A DNA stretch of 63,575 nt, filler included, from Acidimicrobiia bacterium (GTDB taxonomy: Bacteria; Actinomycetota; Acidimicrobiia; Spongiisociales; JAHEDJ01): assembly GCA_029210695.1 (NCBI GenBank). It is 5 parts of 5 records of this genome, joined end to end, with 100 filler letters (N's around TTAATTAATTAA, not from the genome) between each part and the next. Parts side by side here need not be neighbours in the genome. Positions count along the whole stretch, not along the records: positions 55,413 to 63,575 come from JARGFH010000094.1; 4 more parts are not named here. One strand, written 5' to 3'. Positions 59,977 through 63,575 of the stretch are shown one piece after another; within the stretch, counting starts at the first letter, position 1, and each line of letters opens with the position of its first letter. The position numbers and the translations under genes are program-made. The notes beneath the pieces were generated by a model. It saw only the letters and a list, made by a program, of their open reading frames with translations. It ran no database searches and was not told the DNA's origin.

Positions 59977-60027
59977 TCTTGACGGGGTCCTAACGCATCC
60001 TTATCGATTCTTGACGGTCTGATAACG
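59977..60027. promoter_or_regulatory. Phased direct repeats, putative KdpE binding sites
   Basis: TCTTGACG 59977, TCCTAACG 59988, CCTTATCG 59999, TCTTGACG 60009, GATAACG 60021; period 10-11 nt as expected for OmpR-family regulators. Confidence 0.6.
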
Positions 60028-60082
60028 CCGTCCAGGGAATCCTCGAAAACTGCAGCTTCGCTGACGGCGTTAGGGTTGGACC

Positions 60083-62617
60083 ATGAATAGAGGCAGGTTG
60101 CGCGTCTTTCTCGGAGCCGCTCCCGGCGTGGGCAAGACGTTTGCCATGCTGGAAGAGGGGCTTCGCCTCCACGGTGAGGGCCGAGACGTCGTCATCGGGT
60201 TCGTCGAGCCCCATGGTCGGGCTGAGATAACCGATCTCGCAGACGACCTCGAGAAGGTCACCCCCAAACGAACCGGTCACCGCCAAGCCAAGCTCGAGGA
60301 GATGGATGTTAACGCTATTCTCGCCCGAGAGCCCCAGATCGTCCTGGTCGATGAGCTGGCCCACACCAATCTTTCCGGGTCACGGCATAAGAAGCGGTGG
60401 CTCGATGTCGAGACCCTCCTCGACGCCGGCATCGACGTACTGACCACCCTCAATATCCAACATCTGGAAACCCTCAACGACGTCATCTTCGAGATCACCG
60501 GAGTCCACGAACGCGAGACCATCCCCGACGAGGTAGTGCGTCAGGCAGACGAGATCGAACTCATCGATTTGCCACAGGAAGGCATCCGGGGGCGTTTGAA
60601 GGCGGGGAGGATCTTCCCGGCTGACGAAATCGATGCTGCACTCGCCAACTACTTCCGTCCCGGTAACCTGTCGGCCCTACGAGGGCTGGCGCTGTCGTGG
60701 ACTGCGGACCGCGTTGATGAAACTCTGACCGACTACCGAGACATCCATCAAATAGACCGGCCGTGGGAGACCAGGGAGCGCATCGTGGTGGCTCTTGGCG
60801 GAGTGTGGGGAGCTGACGTCGTCATTCGGAGGGCGGCCCGCACATCGATGCGTTCTCGTGCTGAGCTGCACGGTGTGTATGTCCGTCCCACCGACAGGCG
60901 CGCCACCGAAGACGACCCATACCTTCCTGCCCAACGGAAACTCCTCGAGAGTCTCGGAGGGCGCTATCACGAGGTGGTCGGCGACAGCTTCGCCGAAGCT
61001 CTTCTTTCCTTCGCAAAAGCAGAAAATGCCACCCAGCTCGTCGTGGGAATGTCCCGACGGTCGAGTTTCGTGGAGAGGATTCGAGGGTCACCCTTCATGC
61101 GGGTAATCCGGCAGTCGGGTGCGATCGATGTGCACGTGATTCCGCTCGAGGCGACCCATCGGCCCCGTATCCGTCGCCTCAACCGGCCCGGTGCCCTCGG
61201 CGTGAGGCGTCGTTTGACGGCGTGGCTGCTAACCGCTGCCGGCCTACCGCTGCTGACACTGCTCCTTCTGTCCCTCGGCGACCGGATCGCCCTCGAAAAC
61301 GTTCTGCTCGTCTATCTGCTGGCGGCAGTAGGAGTCGGAGTGATCGGAGGCGCCTTCCCCGCCGTGATCTGCGCCGGTACGGGGTTTCTTCTCGCCAATT
61401 GGTATTTCACGCCTCCCTTTTGGACCTGGAAGATCGACGACGCCGGCCATCTGTTCTCCCTCTTCGCCTTTCTCCTGGTCGCTTCCGCGGTTGGCCTTCT
61501 GGTAGGAAATGCCACAAGGCGTAGCGCCGAGGCCCGAAAGGCTCGCGCCCACGCCGAGGCTTTGGCCGCCACCGCCGACTATCCGGTGTTCGGGCCCAGC
61601 GCTTCGGGGATGACTAGGCGCATTCGGGACGTTTTCGCCCTCAACGCAGCAGCTGTCCTCCGCCGATCCGATAATGCCTGGGAAACATTGGCAGCCGTAG
61701 GTGTATCCGAACTGCGCCGACCGGAGGATGCCGGCGAGGTGATCCCTCTCACAGATGACACAGTACTGGCGCTCAGTGGCGGCAGCCTCACCGGAGATGA
61801 TCGGAGGGTGCTGCGGGCCTTCGCCGCACAGATGGCGCAGGCCTTAGAGCGAGAGAAGCTCGAGCGAGAAGCGGCGACGGTCGATGCGATGGCCGAAACT
61901 GACCGGCTGCGCACCTCACTGCTGAACGCCGTGTCCCACGATCTCCGGACCCCGCTGGCAACGATAAAGGCGTCTGTCACCAGTCTGCTAGAGACCAAGG
62001 TGGCCTGGTCGGCCGATCAGACACAGGCCTTTCTCGAGGCCATCCTCGAGGAAACCGAGCGCCTCAATCGAGTAGTTGGCCGGCTCCTCGATGCCAGCCG
62101 GATACAGGTGGGAGCGGTCCACGTGTTCGTTCTCCCCGTCGGCCTCGACGAGATCATCTCATCGGCACTTCCAGGTTTAGGCAACGGACGTGACCGCGTT
62201 CTGGTCGAGATCCCGGAATCTTTACCCCAAGTCCTGACCGATCCCGCGCTGTTGGAACGGGCGGTCGCCAACCTGATAGAGAACGCCCTCACCTGGTCAC
62301 CGTCCGAGCAATACGTTCGGGTAACCGCAGGGGAGGTGGCCGGGCGAGTAGACCTACGGATCATCGACCGAGGCCCGGGAATCCCACCCAACGACAGGGA
62401 GATGATCTTTCAGCCGTTCCAACGACTTGGCGACTCCTCGAGCGGGAGCGGTGTTGGTCTTGGTATGGCAGTGGCCCGAGGATTCCTCGAGGCAATGGGA
62501 AACGAGTTGTCAATCGAAGACACGCCAGGAGGTGGAACCACGATGGTGATCGGCTTCAAGCTGGATCCACCCATAGAAGGGCGGCCGGTGGCTATCGCTC
62601 GAGAAGAGCAACCATGA
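60083..62617 (+). CDS. kdpD: Sensor histidine kinase KdpD
   Basis: FLGAAPGVGKTFAML, VDELAHTN, LNIQHLE, USP domain, 4 TM, VSHDLRTPL, DRGPG, GLG. Confidence 0.96.
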   Translation: MNRGRLRVFLGAAPGVGKTFAMLEEGLRLHGEGRDVVIGFVEPHGRAEITDLADDLEKVTPKRTGHRQAKLEEMDVNAILAREPQIVLVDELAHTNLSGSRHKKRWLDVETLLDAGIDVLTTLNIQHLETLNDVIFEITGVHERETIPDEVVRQADEIELIDLPQEGIRGRLKAGRIFPADEIDAALANYFRPGNLSALRGLALSWTADRVDETLTDYRDIHQIDRPWETRERIVVALGGVWGADVVIRRAARTSMRSRAELHGVYVRPTDRRATEDDPYLPAQRKLLESLGGRYHEVVGDSFAEALLSFAKAENATQLVVGMSRRSSFVERIRGSPFMRVIRQSGAIDVHVIPLEATHRPRIRRLNRPGALGVRRRLTAWLLTAAGLPLLTLLLLSLGDRIALENVLLVYLLAAVGVGVIGGAFPAVICAGTGFLLANWYFTPPFWTWKIDDAGHLFSLFAFLLVASAVGLLVGNATRRSAEARKARAHAEALAATADYPVFGPSASGMTRRIRDVFALNAAAVLRRSDNAWETLAAVGVSELRRPEDAGEVIPLTDDTVLALSGGSLTGDDRRVLRAFAAQMAQALEREKLEREAATVDAMAETDRLRTSLLNAVSHDLRTPLATIKASVTSLLETKVAWSADQTQAFLEAILEETERLNRVVGRLLDASRIQVGAVHVFVLPVGLDEIISSALPGLGNGRDRVLVEIPESLPQVLTDPALLERAVANLIENALTWSPSEQYVRVTAGEVAGRVDLRIIDRGPGIPPNDREMIFQPFQRLGDSSSGSGVGLGMAVARGFLEAMGNELSIEDTPGGGTTMVIGFKLDPPIEGRPVAIAREEQP

Positions 62618-63315
62618 CTCAGGTAGCTCGTATCCTCGTTGTAGACGATGAGCCTCAGATAGTGCGTGCCCTCACCGTCAATCTCGAAGCAATCGGCTAC
62701 AAAGTCGATTCCGCCGGAACCGGAGAGGACGCTCTGAAGAAGGCAGCCGACCATCGACCCGACGCCGTGATTCTCGACCTCGGACTTCCAGGTATCGACG
62801 GAGTGGAGGTGATCCGTGGGTTGCGAGGGTGGACGAAAGTACCGATCATCGTGCTTTCCGTGAGGGAAGAGGAACGCGACAAAATTGCCGCCCTCGACGC
62901 CGGAGCCGACGACTACGTCACCAAGCCATTCGGAATGGGCGAATTGGTCGCCCGATTGCGGGCTGCCCTCCGGCGGGCCTTCGACAGCAACCACACCACG
63001 CCGGTCGTCGTCACCCCCACCTTCACTATCGACCTTGCCGCCAAACGTGTCACCCGACCCGACGGAGAAGAAATCCGGCTCACCCCGACCGAGTGGGGGA
63101 TAGTCGAGGTTCTTGCGTTGCACCAAGGGTTGCTTGTCAGTCAGGTCCAGCTCCTCAAGGAAGTGTGGGGACCCGACTACGGAGAGGAAACCAACTACCT
63201 CCGAGTATTCATAGCCCAACTGCGTCGCAAACTCGAACCCGAGCCCAGCACCCCACGCTACTTCATCACTGAACCGGGAATGGGCTACCGTTTCGAAGTC
63301 GAGGCCGGATCCTGA
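62614..63315 (+). CDS. kdpE: Response regulator KdpE
   Basis: VVDDE, ILDLGLP, GADDYVTKPF, YLRVFIAQLRRKLE, TEPGMGYRF. Confidence 0.96.
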   Translation: MTQVARILVVDDEPQIVRALTVNLEAIGYKVDSAGTGEDALKKAADHRPDAVILDLGLPGIDGVEVIRGLRGWTKVPIIVLSVREEERDKIAALDAGADDYVTKPFGMGELVARLRAALRRAFDSNHTTPVVVTPTFTIDLAAKRVTRPDGEEIRLTPTEWGIVEVLALHQGLLVSQVQLLKEVWGPDYGEETNYLRVFIAQLRRKLEPEPSTPRYFITEPGMGYRFEVEAGS

Positions 63316-63440
63316 ACCATCCAAACCACATCTCTGAGAGAGATAAGTGCTGGTGGGTTTCACCGATGGTGTCGCCACGGCACGACGACGGGCAGACGAG
63401 ATCGGAAACGGCCCCCTCGATGCAATGCTTCACTGACAAG

Positions 63441-63500
63441 CGCACGAGATCGCCCTGATATCGCGGAATAACGCCCTTTTCGCCTACCCGTCCGCTATCG
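63441..63500 (+). repeat. Module-delimiting repeat, copy 6, cut by an IS110-like end
   Basis: CGCACGAGATCGCCCTGATATCGCGGAATAACG...TCGCCTACCCGTCCGCTATCG, closest to the 20751 copy. Confidence 0.8.
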
Positions 63501-63575
63501 ATGCCTGTTTGGTTGTCAAGGGGGTTTTTGGGCGCGTTGGTGCCGCTCGGCCGTGACCGAGGTGATCGTGGGGTG
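63501..63575 (-). mobile_element. Right end of a second, related IS110 element
   Basis: 63503-63540 is 35/38 identical to 27485-27522, then diverges. Confidence 0.75.

Noticed and set aside
2999..63315. A linked c-di-AMP/K+ regulon (PgpH-like gene with KdpD and TrkA)
   Set aside because: The genes lie on different contigs, so their co-occurrence here is an artefact of concatenation.

Overview
High-GC actinobacterial DNA; the gene set (WhiB, BldD-like regulator, many ECF sigma factors, Thr-rich lipoproteins) suggests class Acidimicrobiia, which is an inference. The window is not continuous. It contains five contigs joined by 100-nt N/TTAATTAATTAA linkers at 14090-14189, 28077-28176, 41765-41864 and 55313-55412, and most contig ends fall in IS termini. 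Contig 1 is a housekeeping operon: rpsT-lepA-hemW-hrcA(CIRCE)-dnaJ-rsmE-bldD-HIT-phoH-7TM/HD-ybeY-hemolysin-era. Contig 2 is accessory: three ECF sigma/anti-sigma modules, a hypothetical gene and a HEPN-motif gene. One sigma gene is split by a 3.9-kb Mutator-like transposon carrying a methylase plus a DUF262/HNH nuclease. Contig 3 has whiB, selB-selA, fxsA, an M23 peptidase, mrp, erpA, ridA and an aldehyde dehydrogenase. Contig 4 has a sugar ABC/GH16/dehydratase cluster. Contig 5 has a relaxase remnant, trkA-trkA-trkH and kdpDE. The main discovery is a degenerate ~60-bp intergenic repeat (GATCAC...ATAT(C)GCGCCATAACG...CG^GCA, fixed 50-53 nt span) present 8 times. It separates each gene module of contig 2 like an integron cassette array. 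An inverted copy heads both arrays, next to a relaxase in contig 5. Two related IS110-type elements sit at the same position of this repeat.
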